Source: Callorhinchus milii (taxonomy: Eukaryota). Taken from it: DNA of 64,000 nt. The translations under genes were made by a program, and so were the position numbers. Within the stretch, counting starts at the first letter, position 1. Every line of letters starts with the position of its first letter. The notes beneath the pieces are model-generated. The model did no database searches. It saw nothing but the letters and a program-made list of their open reading frames with translations, and was not told the origin of the DNA. Location: positions 90,460,001 through 90,524,000 of the forward strand of contig NW_024704742.1 in the NCBI RefSeq assembly GCF_018977255.1. Direction: 5' to 3'. Below are positions 62,151 to 64,000 of the stretch, one piece after another.

Positions 62151-62436
62151 CAGGATGTTCACAAAGTCTTGTTACCCGTTTTTCCCCCTACAGTGCAACA
62201 ACGAAACATGTGGAAGAATGATGATAATTGTATTTAGAAGTACTTAATTGTATATAGACGTCCAGAGGATCAGCGTGAACACCATCATTTTCATGGCAAA
62301 TAATGATCCATTGCCAGGTTCGATGCCACATAGATGGAGTGATGAGGTGAAATGCATCTCTGACAGCTTGTTTCAACTTCTCCATAGTCTCATATCACTG
62401 TTTTGTAACAGGGGGTAACAGGACTTGTACATTTTG
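62151..62436 (-). mobile_element. Non-autonomous Tc1/mariner element, copy 2, retaining a transposase C-terminus
   Basis: Left end TA|CAGGATGTTCACAAAGTCTTGTTACC; degenerate right end GGTAACAGGACTTG. The minus strand encodes MEKLKQAVRDAFHLITPSMWHRTWQWIIICHENDGVH. Confidence 0.85.
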
Positions 62437-63525
62437 AGTTCTTACGTAGTGGTAGTAGATGTTTAATTCTAGCCAGTGTGCTTTCATACACTCCAACTAT
62501 TTTTTCAAGAAAGGTCATCACAAAAGTGCAACTCATCTTAGTATTTATGTTGTGGGAGCGCTGAGAAATGTCAGCACTTTTGGAATTTAAACTTAGTTGT
62601 TTTCATTAAATGTTTTAATTTGACTACAGACATTTGTTTCCACATAGGAACAAACGGACCTTAAAGAGTCAAGCAATCTGGTCAAATGCATGCTGTTGCC
62701 ATGGAGCATTGCTAGGCTACAAGTGGCCTTGTGAGAGGGCGTATCACACTGTTCCAGAATGAGCCACAAGGGCAGTTTCATTGCAAAGTATAAATTGTAT
62801 TTCCTTGGTTTTATACTCTTACGATTTGAAATATTTATTGTTTAACACAGCCCTCTGGAATAAACCTACACTATCCGTAGCACTCAAACAATCATCTGCA
62901 CGCAAATCATAAAACTACACTGCACCTAAATTCATTCTTTGAATTCAGGCATGGACAGCTGTCTACTGAGTGACAAAGTCACGATTAACATATAGTCAGC
63001 TCACATTTAGTGATATTTATGGCCACCCTTTTTATTTACAAATGTTTGTAGCAAGAGTTTTCAATTAAATTAATTTGACAGTATTTTTGTCGTTTCATCA
63101 CCTCAACATTCAAAGAAAAATTAAATTGCTTTCTGATGGAACTTTGTCATCGGTATATTACACTACTGGAGGCATGATTTTATTTCCCATGATATTATCC
63201 CACACAGGCACTGTATGCAAACAGAGTATATTGTCCAGGAAATCATTGGATGGATATTTATACAACGAAGAACCTCACTAAGCCCAGAATGGAGGGTCCC
63301 ATGGTAGGATAAAGGTAGAAGAATTTCTTAAAGAAGAAATCCCTTAAAATTCCTAATAGTATAGATTTAGGTGGACCTAAATACATTTTAAAAAGTCACC
63401 CCACTCTATAGTATATTCTGTTCTTTGAGACATCTTCACAACATGAAATATGGTAAAGCAAATGTATTACTATTATTATTATTAATCCAATTATGTATAG
63501 AAAATGTGAGAATAAAATTGTTTAA

Positions 63526-64000
63526 ACTCCTCTTCAACTTGTGTGTACATGCACCATCTTGATGACATCATCAGCAGACATGGGGTCAACTTCCACATGT
63601 TTGCAGATGACACCCAACTCTATCTTTCTGCCTCCACCCTCGACTCCAGGATCACTGTTGTCCTGACAGAATGTCTGTCAGACTTCAAGTCCTGGATGAG
63701 AGCTAACCTTCTACAGTTGAATGTCAACAAGACCGAGGCTCTCCTGATTTGCTCCCATCAGCGCCTCCTCACCTCAGGCGCTGACAGCATCACCATCCAT
63801 GGTTGCACACTCCACCTCACTGAGACATCCAGAACCTTGGGGTCTTGTTTGACCCTCAACTGTCTTTTTGCCCCACATCCATGCCAGGATCTGCTCTGCC
63901 TTCCCCCACCTCCACAACATCTTTCGGTTCTGCCACCGCCTCACCCCACGGGCCACTGAAACCATCATCCACATGTTCATCACATCTAGGCTCAACTACG
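63526..64000 (+). mobile_element. L2 ORF2 fragment (runs off the window end)
   Basis: [21 protein letters not shown]...LQLNVNKTEALL...SRLNY. Confidence 0.92.

Overview
Repeat-rich vertebrate genomic DNA, most likely a cartilaginous fish. A holocephalan such as Callorhinchus is inferred from the dominant tRNA-headed, Deu-domain SINE family. I can support only two short host coding exons, both on the minus strand: the terminal coding exon of centlein (CNTLN, 57627-57526, absent from the supplied ORF track) and the first coding exon of endophilin A1 (SH3GL2, 7707-7663). This reproduces the CNTLN-SH3GL2 order known from human 9p22. Positions 1-7662 are SH3GL2 intron 1, about 8-57 kb is intergenic, and 57.6-64 kb is the last CNTLN intron. 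The rest is layered mobile DNA: young and old Deu-type SINEs, L2 and CR1 LINE fragments, AmnSINE2-like relics, two Tc1/mariner deletion derivatives, a Penelope-like relic with a decayed hammerhead core, and a 22-bp G-rich minisatellite. Nearly all ORFs in the track are TE-derived or spurious. I found no convincing new multi-gene system. The best leads are an unclassified four-copy repeat with a possible coding origin (37.5-46.8 kb) and a perfect 35-bp inverted copy of a neighbouring CR1 3' UTR inside an L2. TE boundaries are read by eye (about +/-20 bp), and family names come from my recollection of consensus sequences, not from a database search.
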